Origin: Patescibacteria group bacterium
Lineage (GTDB): Bacteria; Patescibacteriota; Microgenomatia; UM-FILTER-40-11
Assembly (NCBI GenBank): GCA_023473205.1
Contig: JAMCYY010000040.1
Span: forward strand, 1 to 26,223
DNA: 26,223 nucleotides
Direction of reading: 5' to 3'
A program made the translations under genes and the position numbers. Below are positions 16,159-23,958 of this stretch, piece by piece; positions within the stretch are counted from its first letter, which is position 1; every line of letters starts with the position of its first letter. The notes under the pieces were generated by a model. That model was given only the letters and a program-made list of their open reading frames with translations, was not told the origin of the DNA and did no database searches.

Positions 16159-17373
16159 ATGCTTGCTGCCCAAAAAAGTTTTCTTTCATTGATTTCTTTT
16201 TTAAGTATTTTCTGGGGTAATACTTTGGCTCCAAGAATCAAGATTCCTTTGCCCGCTGCGCAGCCTTCAGTTATTGCAACCGCCACTCCTTTCCCTAAAC
16301 CGACTTTCATTCCCACTCTGACTCCTGCTTTCACTCCCACACAGACACCTGCACCGTTTCCAACAGATAATCCTACGTTTACCCCTACTCCGATTTCTAC
16401 TCTGACTCCGGCCCCAACTCAAAACTTGCCTACAATCACGCCCACTCTTACTCCTACCACCTCTGGTTCTTGGCCAATCCAAAGTGTCTCTTCCATGAAA
16501 GAAACCAAGGACCGTGTCTGCGGCCAGCGTGACCAAGATTTCATTGGAAAATGGGTTGATAAAGCAAAAGAGTTGGGAGTAAATTACGTGGCCTTGGAAA
16601 CCCCTTATGATAATCCTTCATGCGGCAATTCAGAAGAATACACCCAAAAATGGATTGAGGTTATCCGTTCTCACGGTTTATCAGTCTGGCATCGGCATAT
16701 GCCGCTTTCATTTGAAGGTATTTATGATGTGGCTAAAGCTAAAGGTGATTATCTGGCATTTATTGAAAATTATATTAAAAACCACGCAAGTTTTTTCCAG
16801 GAAGGCGATATCTTTACCCCGATTCCTGAACCGCAAAATGGAGGAATCAGCGGCATAACTTATTGCGCGCAAAACTTATGTATTTTTGATAATAAAGAGC
16901 AATTTAATGAATGGTTAAGGAAGTCTATAGATGTTGCGGCTAACGCCTTTAACCAAATTGGTTTAAGCGGAAAAATTAAAATCGGCTTTTTTGGCTTTGA
17001 CGGCTTTGTTGCCTGGGGAAGTAATAATCCTGATTGGCAGGGGATTTTAGAAGACAGCACTATTGCGAAAATGGGCAATATTACAATTGACCATTATCCT
17101 GAACTTATTGGTCAATCCATGGAACAAGGGTTAGATGAACTGCAGGCCCGCTATCCGGGAATTCCCATTGTAATCGGGGAATGGGGAAGTGCGGGAACCC
17201 AGAACGTTGAAGACCAGGTAAAAAACAGTATGAGAGCAGCCAAAAGGCCCGGAATTGTGGGCTTTAATTATTGGCATCTGGGTATGGGTGGTAATGAAGC
17301 CCTAATTAATGATGATTTTTCTCTCCGTCCCCAATTCGATGAAGTCCAAAAATTTTTTAAAAATTTTTTTTAA
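16159..17373 (+). CDS. Exported clan GH-A-like (TIM-barrel) glycoside hydrolase with a Pro/Thr-rich linker
   Basis: Hydrophobic N-terminus, about 65-aa PT-rich linker, candidate acid/base Glu (PIPEPQN) and nucleophile Glu (IVIGEWG), IDHYP and FNYWH strands. Confidence 0.7.
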   Translation: MLAAQKSFLSLISFLSIFWGNTLAPRIKIPLPAAQPSVIATATPFPKPTFIPTLTPAFTPTQTPAPFPTDNPTFTPTPISTLTPAPTQNLPTITPTLTPTTSGSWPIQSVSSMKETKDRVCGQRDQDFIGKWVDKAKELGVNYVALETPYDNPSCGNSEEYTQKWIEVIRSHGLSVWHRHMPLSFEGIYDVAKAKGDYLAFIENYIKNHASFFQEGDIFTPIPEPQNGGISGITYCAQNLCIFDNKEQFNEWLRKSIDVAANAFNQIGLSGKIKIGFFGFDGFVAWGSNNPDWQGILEDSTIAKMGNITIDHYPELIGQSMEQGLDELQARYPGIPIVIGEWGSAGTQNVEDQVKNSMRAAKRPGIVGFNYWHLGMGGNEALINDDFSLRPQFDEVQKFFKNFF

Positions 17374-17382
17374 ATCTATTTG

Positions 17383-17391
17383 TGTTATTAT
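17383..17391 (+). promoter_or_regulatory. Extended -10 (TGtTATTAT), 7 nt before ATG 17399
   Basis: TATTAT at 17386..17391 with TG at 17383..17384. Confidence 0.5.
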
Positions 17392-17398
17392 TTACTTA

Positions 17399-18052
17399 AT
17401 GGCAGAACAGATTTTCAAAGGCATAATTAAGTCAAGGATTATTGAAGTAAAATTTGCCATTTCAGGCAAAGTGGTCATTGTCTGTAAGAAAAAAGGGGAC
17501 AATGTTAAAAAAGGCGAACTCTTAGCAACTTTAGACAAAAAATCACTTCAGATGGAACTTGACCGGCAGCTTTCAGACTTTGAAAAAGTTAAGGCAGAAT
17601 TTGAGATTTTTAATTTGCAAAAAGGTGAACCCAAAGATGATATTACTAAATATCTAAAAGCCCAAAAGCAGGCAGAACTTAACCGAAGTATTAAAGAAGT
17701 TGAACTGGCCCAAGAAAAAGTTGAGATGGCTGACCTTTTTTCTCCAATTGAAGGTCTTATTCTGGATGAGAGTGGACTTATCCCGGGGATTTTCATCACA
17801 CCTTCGGGAAATCCAATAAAAATTCTTGAAAGCAACCATTATTTTTTTGAGATGGAAATTGAACAAAAAGATTTGCCTCAATTTTTAACCCCTAATAATT
17901 TAACCATGCAAATTTTCGGAATTGACAAAACTATCCAAGGCCAAAGTAAGTCAGTTTTTCCCAATGAAAAAGGAAAATTTATAGTTGAGGCTGAACTGTC
18001 AAACAGCAGCGGTCTTCTTTATGGCCTTTCCGGTGAAGCTACAATAATTTAA
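17399..18052 (+). CDS. HlyD/membrane-fusion (efflux adaptor)-like protein lacking an N-terminal anchor
   Basis: Lipoyl-like halves (SGKVVIVCKKKGDNVKKGELLATLD; LFSPIEG) around a helical hairpin. Start moved to 17399 because 17309 overlaps the GH gene. Confidence 0.78.
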   Translation: MAEQIFKGIIKSRIIEVKFAISGKVVIVCKKKGDNVKKGELLATLDKKSLQMELDRQLSDFEKVKAEFEIFNLQKGEPKDDITKYLKAQKQAELNRSIKEVELAQEKVEMADLFSPIEGLILDESGLIPGIFITPSGNPIKILESNHYFFEMEIEQKDLPQFLTPNNLTMQIFGIDKTIQGQSKSVFPNEKGKFIVEAELSNSSGLLYGLSGEATII

Positions 18053-18071
18053 TTTATCTTAGAACTATATT

Positions 18072-18100
18072 GTAGTCGCAGACTTTAGTCTGCGCTTTTT
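18072..18100 (+). repeat. GTAG-tagged REP-like palindrome / intrinsic terminator
   Basis: GTAG-T-CGCAGAC-TTTA-GTCTGCG-C-TTTTT: GC-rich stem followed by a T-run. Confidence 0.6.
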
Positions 18101-19611
18101 GAAAGAGTTGGTAATGGTCTTACTGTGGGGCTGTGGATAATTTCTCCGTCAACACTGTAACGTGAACCATGGCAAGGACAATCCCATGACTGTTCTGCTT
18201 TGTTAAAAGTTATGGTGCAGCCAAGATGCGTACAAATGGCTGAGACAAGATGCAGCTTCCCCTCAAAATCACAAAATGCCGCTATTTTTTGGCCTTGGTA
18301 TTTAATTATTTTTGCTTCACCTTTGCTTAATGTTTTCGGATCAATTTCTTTTGGTTCATGAATCCAATCTTCAACATAGGTTTTTCCCACATAAAGGTTT
18401 TGGGAGATAAACTTTCCGGCTTTTGAAAACTCTTTGCGGCCTGGATCAAAAATCATTTGCCAGGGATTATTTTTCCCAAGAATCATGTCTGAAAGCAGCA
18501 ATGCGGAAACAGTGCCGTTAGTCATTCCCCAGCCATCAAAACCAGTCGCCACATAAAGATTGGGGTTATGGCTATAAACCTTACCAATATAGGGGACATT
18601 ATCAATAGTTGAATTATCTTGAGTTGACCAATGATAGGCAATAGTTTTAACTTTAAATTTTTTCCGGGCCATTTTTTCAAGTTCTTGGTAGCAATCAATG
18701 GTATTGGGCTCAACTCCGGTTTTATGCTCTAAGCCAGTTACCACCAACATCTTTCCTTTATTGTTGAGCTGGGGACGGACTGAAAAAAGTGGCTCTTCAA
18801 TATTAATATACATACCATCAATTTGTTCTTCTGTATAAACGCCTAAGACATACGATCTTTTAGGTATCAGTTTGGTATAAAAAGACCCAACGGTTAAAAG
18901 CGGATAATGAGTTGCCAAAACAATCGTTTTTGTTGTAATTTTAACTTTAGATGTTTCAACCATTGGGGAATTATTCGCCGAAAGATTAGTGACACTGGTG
19001 TCTTCATAAATTTGTCCGCCTAAATTAACAAAAAGTTGGGCTAAGGCTAAGAGATACTTGCGGGGATGGAAATGGGCTTGGTTCTCAAATTTAACTGCTC
19101 CTTTAATCTCAAAAGGAAGTTCACTTTTTTCGACAAATGAAGCCGGTAGTTTAAGCTTTTTGGCTGCTTCGACCTCCTTTTTAATTTTTTCCAAATTTTC
19201 AGCCTTTTCCGTAAAGGTATATGCCGGTGCCCGGACAAAATCACAATCAATCTGATTTTTTTCCACTGCTTGACTAATAAATTCAATGGCTAACTCCTGA
19301 GCATTGGCATAATCTTGAGCCAAAGCCAGGCCGAATTGGTGAATTAGATAATCATAAATTAAGGTATGAAGAGAGGTGATTTTTGCCGATGTTTTGCTGC
19401 TCACTCCATGGATAATTTTTCTTCCTTCTAAAAGAATTGTTTTTTTTCCGGCTTTTTGCAATAAATAACCAGTGGTTAAACCGACAATCCCTCCGCCAAT
19501 AATTACTACCTCAGCTTCCAGGTCCTTGGTTAATAAAGGATAATTAGTGGTCTTGGTACTCGCGAGCCAATATGAAGTTGGTTCGCCTGGAAGAGTTAAT
19601 AAAGAATTCAT
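18085..19611 (-). CDS. FAD-dependent oxidoreductase with C-terminal Rieske [2Fe-2S] domain (YhfW-like)
   Basis: IIGGGIVG Rossmann motif, ATGFDGWGMTNG, and Rieske CTHLGC...CPCHGSRY. Confidence 0.93.
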   Translation of the reverse strand: MNSLLTLPGEPTSYWLASTKTTNYPLLTKDLEAEVVIIGGGIVGLTTGYLLQKAGKKTILLEGRKIIHGVSSKTSAKITSLHTLIYDYLIHQFGLALAQDYANAQELAIEFISQAVEKNQIDCDFVRAPAYTFTEKAENLEKIKKEVEAAKKLKLPASFVEKSELPFEIKGAVKFENQAHFHPRKYLLALAQLFVNLGGQIYEDTSVTNLSANNSPMVETSKVKITTKTIVLATHYPLLTVGSFYTKLIPKRSYVLGVYTEEQIDGMYINIEEPLFSVRPQLNNKGKMLVVTGLEHKTGVEPNTIDCYQELEKMARKKFKVKTIAYHWSTQDNSTIDNVPYIGKVYSHNPNLYVATGFDGWGMTNGTVSALLLSDMILGKNNPWQMIFDPGRKEFSKAGKFISQNLYVGKTYVEDWIHEPKEIDPKTLSKGEAKIIKYQGQKIAAFCDFEGKLHLVSAICTHLGCTITFNKAEQSWDCPCHGSRYSVDGEIIHSPTVRPLPTLSKSAD

Positions 19612-19681
19612 TAAGGCTTTTTACCCGGTTAACAACAAAGTTTGAAGAAATCAAAGTAAGAAAATGAAAATAACTATTGGA

Positions 19682-20023
19682 TTATTTTTTTACTGACCTT
19701 CTTATTTCAAACAGAATATCCCTTTTGGCCATTATTGAATGAGAGATAATTTTTTCCTCAATGTCAACTTTAGTGATCTTTTCTTTGAGAAAATTAAGTA
19801 AAGTCAGGGATTCCGGTTCCTTTGAAAAAAGGTGAAGGAAATTTTCGTGAAACTCACGCGGAAGATGGTCTAAAATTATGGTTAAAATTTGCCGGTGGAA
19901 AGTATCATCAACCAAGGCAATGATTTCTTCTTTTTCTTCAATTTCAATGTCCAGGCCTTCAAGCTTTAAAAAAAGCTCTTCAATTTGAGTCAGATGGTCA
20001 TAAAAAACTTTTGCCTTTTTCAT
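19682..20023 (-). CDS. Hypothetical acidic helical protein (113 aa)
   Basis: Abuts the upstream gene's stop (20024/20023), suggesting translational coupling. Confidence 0.75.
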   Translation of the reverse strand: MKKAKVFYDHLTQIEELFLKLEGLDIEIEEKEEIIALVDDTFHRQILTIILDHLPREFHENFLHLFSKEPESLTLLNFLKEKITKVDIEEKIISHSIMAKRDILFEIRRSVKK

Positions 20024-20947
20024 TTATTTTTTCGCCAAAAATTCATTTTCAACTGGTTGTTGCAGTGGACCTAAAGGAACTTTATTTTCCGGATCATCAA
20101 CAAAATATAAAACAACCGGGCCTTTTTGCATGCCCACATTAAGGCCTAAATAAGCCATAACTTCCGGCGAGCCGCCAAAATGTTTGCCTGTCCACCAAGA
20201 AGGACCAGCATCAGCAATAACCGCAACAATTGTTTTGCCGTTATTTGGATTAACCACTACTACTTTACGGTATTTATACCAATCCCTCAAGTAACGGAAA
20301 TTAGTATACCAATCAGGTAAATAAAGTGTTTGGACGGCAACATAATATTTTTCTTTTTGGATTAAATCTTTGGTTAAATTTTTTTTAGTTCGGGAAAAAT
20401 AACCCCAAGCGCCTAATCCTGGGGTAATGCCTTCTCTTAGGTTTTCATCATGCTGCGAAAGAGTATCACCGGGAAAACGGGGTAAATGTTGCTCGGCGCC
20501 AATTAGTCCATAAAGATGGTTTAAGCGAGTACCTCCGGAAGAAGGAACGGCATTAATGCCCCAAACCCGAAAGAGTAAATGGCTAATCTCAGCTTCTTCA
20601 TCAGTTGTTAAATTTTGTATTTTTTGGGGCAGAATTTTCTTTAACTCGCTGGTTATTGTCTGGTTTTCATCATTAGTGGCTGACTCACGGGAAATAATTA
20701 AGTCAGGAGTAATTTTTTGAGGAAGATTTAATTCCGGTGAACCTAAAAGAAGGGAACCGGCTAAAGCTCCGGAAGCTAAGAGCTTAGCCGCTTGGGAACG
20801 TATTTTACCCGGACTTAAAAGTTTATTTTTACTTAATATTTCAACCGCATGAGGATGCTTTTCTAAAAGCTCTTGGTCTGCAAGCAAATGCTTATATCTA
20901 AGTTTGGAATATAAAAGCTCAGAGTCAATTCTTTGTCTTTTGGGCAT
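20024..20947 (-). CDS. Hypothetical protein with a C-terminal RlpA-like double-psi beta-barrel motif
   Basis: VVVVNPNNGKTIVAVIADAGP resembles the RlpA/DPBB consensus; hydrophobic segment near the N-terminus. Start moved to ATG 20947. Confidence 0.75.
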   Translation of the reverse strand: MPKRQRIDSELLYSKLRYKHLLADQELLEKHPHAVEILSKNKLLSPGKIRSQAAKLLASGALAGSLLLGSPELNLPQKITPDLIISRESATNDENQTITSELKKILPQKIQNLTTDEEAEISHLLFRVWGINAVPSSGGTRLNHLYGLIGAEQHLPRFPGDTLSQHDENLREGITPGLGAWGYFSRTKKNLTKDLIQKEKYYVAVQTLYLPDWYTNFRYLRDWYKYRKVVVVNPNNGKTIVAVIADAGPSWWTGKHFGGSPEVMAYLGLNVGMQKGPVVLYFVDDPENKVPLGPLQQPVENEFLAKK

Positions 20948-20954
20948 TGAAAAT

Positions 20955-20960
20955 ATTATA
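20955..20960 (-). promoter_or_regulatory. Consensus -10 TATAAT, 7 nt before ATG 20947
   Basis: Perfect hexamer in leaderless geometry. Confidence 0.6.
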
Positions 20961-21001
20961 CAAAGAATAAGGAGCAATGAAAATGATTAGAAATCGTAGA
21001 T

Positions 21002-21592
21002 TCAGTTGTTAACAAAAGTCCTACCATCAGGAAGACGGCACTGCTCAGGAAAAGATTCCATAATTAAAAAACCAGCCGCTGCACATTCTTCAAAATTATT
21101 GATTCCGGCTAAAAGCTGGTCACATCTTTCTTTACTTGTCCAATTACTCATTGGCAGACATTTTTCCAGTTCTTCTTTTAAAGATATTTTCTTTGCCGGA
21201 AGGGAAATTATTTTTTCCCAAAACAGGCGTGAAATATTGAATTCTCCTTTTGCCAATTTAATTGCTTTTTTAAGCCCATACTGGCTAAGTCCTTTTTCTA
21301 AAGATTCTTTTGCCGGAATATTACCCGTGTAATATTTTTCCAAGACAGGTAAGGCTTGAGCGCTACCAAGTTGTCCAAGCGCCCAAATAGCGGAATTCCT
21401 TGAGTGAAAGTCATTTTTCGGATCATCAAGATAGAGAATTAAAGCAGAAGTACAATCACCGGGATATCTGTTTACCGCCTCTTCACAAGTACCTTTAACT
21501 TCTTTGCCAATAATGATGATCATGAGGAAAAAGGTGAAAAGGAAAAAAATGACTAAAGTGACTCCAAGCAAAGGCAGAAGATACTTTTTCAT
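21002..21592 (-). CDS. Membrane-anchored protein with a HEAT-like repeat and a small C-terminal Cys-pair module
   Basis: N-terminal TM; RNSAIWALGQLGSAQALPVLEK; C-terminal FEECAAAGFLIMESFPEQCRLPDGRTF. Confidence 0.75.
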   Translation of the reverse strand: MKKYLLPLLGVTLVIFFLFTFFLMIIIIGKEVKGTCEEAVNRYPGDCTSALILYLDDPKNDFHSRNSAIWALGQLGSAQALPVLEKYYTGNIPAKESLEKGLSQYGLKKAIKLAKGEFNISRLFWEKIISLPAKKISLKEELEKCLPMSNWTSKERCDQLLAGINNFEECAAAGFLIMESFPEQCRLPDGRTFVNN

Positions 21593-21599
21593 TAAGATT

Positions 21600-21608
21600 A
21601 TCTTAACA
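21600..21608 (-). promoter_or_regulatory. Extended -10 (TGtTAAGAT), 7 nt before ATG 21592
   Basis: TAAGAT at 21605..21600, embedded in overlapping palindromes. Confidence 0.5.
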
Positions 21609-21683
21609 TAAGATAAAAATTGTCTAAAAATATTTGATAACCATCAAGAAACATATTTTAATTAATCTTCTTTACAAATCAGC

Positions 21684-22448
21684 TTAATAAGGAATGTAAC
21701 TTATTGTTTCTCCAATTTCTTTGATGTTTTTGGTTACCTGTCTTAAAAAATCACTTTGCTGAAGGTCATAAGAAAACGTGCCAGTGAAATAAAGATAAGC
21801 TGCCGGACGTATTCGGAGAAAGTGAGGTTTGCCATTAGGAGAAAAGTCAATTTCAGATTCCAAAGAAGAAAGATAAGGACTGGTCGTAGTAAAGGGAATA
21901 CGATGAAATGTGATTTTGTATGAATTAATGAAAGTAGTCTCACTTTTCCAAGACTGCCTAAGTGATTCTATGGAAGTAACTTCTGTTTTTGGGTCTTTTT
22001 CATAATTAACCATGTCAAAGTCAGTTATTACTTGGAGAAAAGGATATTCCCACGACTCCACCAAATAATTAGAATCATCTTCTGAAGGCATATTACTATT
22101 GGTGGTTTCTTTAGAGAGGGTAATCGTCATTTTTTTGATTAGGTTTCTTTTATAAAGATAGGTCTCTTCTTTAATAACTTTGTCGTTAAAAAGCGGAGAA
22201 TAAATTCCAAATTCCTGAAACGAATACGGCACTTCTTGTGAACTTTGAAGTTTAGCTGAGTCTGTAAGTAAATAACTGATTTCTTCTTCTTTTTCAGCCA
22301 ACTCCTTAAGGTAACTTTCTTTTTGTTTAATTAACTGATCTTCTAAAGTTTTAATTGCTCTTTGGTGATAAAGCAAAGCCGCGGCTGTAAGCCCAAAAAC
22401 AACTAAAGTGATGACCGAAGTTAAAATTATTAATTTTTTTTGGTTCAT
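21684..22448 (-). CDS. Hypothetical protein with an N-terminal TM anchor and coiled coil
   Basis: 254-aa ORF; TM helix followed by an E/K/Q-rich coil; no family recognised. Confidence 0.75.
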   Translation of the reverse strand: MNQKKLIILTSVITLVVFGLTAAALLYHQRAIKTLEDQLIKQKESYLKELAEKEEEISYLLTDSAKLQSSQEVPYSFQEFGIYSPLFNDKVIKEETYLYKRNLIKKMTITLSKETTNSNMPSEDDSNYLVESWEYPFLQVITDFDMVNYEKDPKTEVTSIESLRQSWKSETTFINSYKITFHRIPFTTTSPYLSSLESEIDFSPNGKPHFLRIRPAAYLYFTGTFSYDLQQSDFLRQVTKNIKEIGETISYIPY

Positions 22449-22624
22449 AGCTATTATTTATACTAATTTTATATTACAACAATTGTCATCTAGATTCTAG
22501 GTAATGATAATTGGTCATTCTTCTTGATCTTGTTGGTAAGATCTGTCACACTATTTTTGCAGGACTTACCCCTCCTTTAATAACAGAATCGAACATTTGG
22601 CTTTAATAAACTGTATGTTTGAGA

Positions 22625-22630
22625 TAGAAT
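22625..22630 (+). promoter_or_regulatory. -10 TAGAAT, 7 nt before ATG 22638
   Basis: Leaderless geometry; no SD. Confidence 0.5.
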
Positions 22631-22637
22631 ATAAGAA

Positions 22638-23459
22638 ATGAGGATAATTAAAAAACTAACCAAGTATTTATTAATTACTCTGCTAATTTTGATTTTTGCC
22701 TCTCCTTTATGGATTAAGATTATTCCGACTAAACATATCTCATTTCTGACTGGTAAGTTACCAGTAGTCGATAGTGTTGTTTGTAATTTTTCAACCAAGG
22801 TTAGTGGAGAATCGATGGGTTCTCTGATTCCTTCTGGAAGCTCGATTGTAATAAACCGTTGTTTTGAGGACGAAGATTTAAAGGAAGGAACCGTAGTTTT
22901 GTTTAATGACAATGCAAACTTACGTTTTGGTGTCGTTCGCCATGTCTTACCTCTTGATCCTGTAGTATATAAAGTTTCTGATGAGAAAGCCCCAGAGTTG
23001 CTTCTTGACGTAATAAAAGAAGAAATTACAGGTATAACAAAAAGTATTGATATGAGCAAATCCAAATATCAAGCCAAACGGAAAACCGAATCTTTTATTC
23101 TTAATGCCAATGAATTTTTAACCGATTTATACTTAGCCAAAATACCCCATGGCATGGGCATAGAAGTATCTACTGTTGAAAAAACAACCTCTTTTTCTCG
23201 ACAGGAAGATAAATTTTGTTCTGTTATAGTTCCCAAGAAAAATTTAACCGCAGTTGCTACTGAAATTACAGACATTAAAACACAAAAAATAATTTCTCAG
23301 GGAAATAACATTGTTTTCAATGTCAGCTCAAAGCCAAATATCAATTGTAAGGATTTTGGTTCAAGTCAAGGCATGCTCAATCTAGATCCAGGCAGTTATC
23401 GATATAAATTTTTGATTAACCATCAGGTGTTGGCGAATATTCAGTTTGAGGTAAGATAA
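22638..23459 (+). CDS. Membrane-anchored hypothetical protein with a degenerate S24/S26 peptidase-like segment
   Basis: N-terminal TM; VSGESM...LKEGTVVLF pattern. Confidence 0.7.
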   Translation: MRIIKKLTKYLLITLLILIFASPLWIKIIPTKHISFLTGKLPVVDSVVCNFSTKVSGESMGSLIPSGSSIVINRCFEDEDLKEGTVVLFNDNANLRFGVVRHVLPLDPVVYKVSDEKAPELLLDVIKEEITGITKSIDMSKSKYQAKRKTESFILNANEFLTDLYLAKIPHGMGIEVSTVEKTTSFSRQEDKFCSVIVPKKNLTAVATEITDIKTQKIISQGNNIVFNVSSKPNINCKDFGSSQGMLNLDPGSYRYKFLINHQVLANIQFEVR

Positions 23460-23473
23460 AATAAAGAAGGACT

Positions 23474-23761
23474 ATGGACCAAAAAATTACCGATTATATT
23501 AATAAACAAAAATCCCCCCAAAAAGAAATTTGCCATAAGCTAAGGAGTATCATTCTTAAAACCCTTTCGAACGCAGGGGAAGAAATGAAGTGGGGTGTTC
23601 CCGCTTTCGTTGGGGGCAAATTATATATCGTTGCCCTAAAGGATCATGTCAACTTTGGTTATAACGATGGCAGTAAAAAAATGAAACATGTCGAAATAAA
23701 ATCGTTGGACCAAATCGATTCTAAAAAAATAATTGAGTTAATCAAATCGACTAAAAAATAA
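23474..23761 (+). CDS. DUF1801 (YdhG-like) protein
   Basis: ITDYI...KLRSII...EEMKWGVPAF pattern; SD-like AAGG upstream. Confidence 0.8.
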   Translation: MDQKITDYINKQKSPQKEICHKLRSIILKTLSNAGEEMKWGVPAFVGGKLYIVALKDHVNFGYNDGSKKMKHVEIKSLDQIDSKKIIELIKSTKK

Positions 23762-23764
23762 TCT

Positions 23765-23929
23765 ATGCCAATCACCCTTATCTTGTTACTGATTTACACT
23801 ATTGCCATTGTTGTCGCCGTTATCGGCATTGCAAAGAAGATAAAAATCTTGAAGATAATCTCAGTCTTTTTGTTTTTAGCTGGAACTGTCTTGACGGCTG
23901 CTGTTGCTTTCGCTCTGAAAAATATGTAG
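23765..23929 (+). CDS. Small 2-TM membrane protein (54 aa), absent from the ORF track
   Basis: ATG 3 nt after the DUF1801 stop. MPITLILLLIYTIAIVVAVIGIAKKIKILKIISVFLFLAGTVLTAAVAFALKNM: two hydrophobic helices split by a basic loop. Confidence 0.7.
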   Translation: MPITLILLLIYTIAIVVAVIGIAKKIKILKIISVFLFLAGTVLTAAVAFALKNM

Positions 23930-23945
23930 GGCTAAAAATATAAAG

Positions 23946-23951
23946 TAAAAT
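23946..23951 (+). promoter_or_regulatory. -10 TAAAAT, 7 nt before ATG 23959
   Basis: Leaderless geometry, but in very A-rich context. Confidence 0.4.
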
Positions 23952-23958
23952 AAAGAAA

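Noticed and set aside
18132-18140. Perfect DnaA box (TGTGGATAA)
   Set aside because: Single copy inside coding sequence (IIHS codons); no cluster or origin context.
8422-20977. ORF-track upstream starts at 8422, 13908, 16234, 17309 and 20977 (also 4391 and 26216)
   Set aside because: They overlap promoters or neighbouring genes, or add implausible N-termini. Downstream ATGs fit SD/-10 signals and family lengths better.
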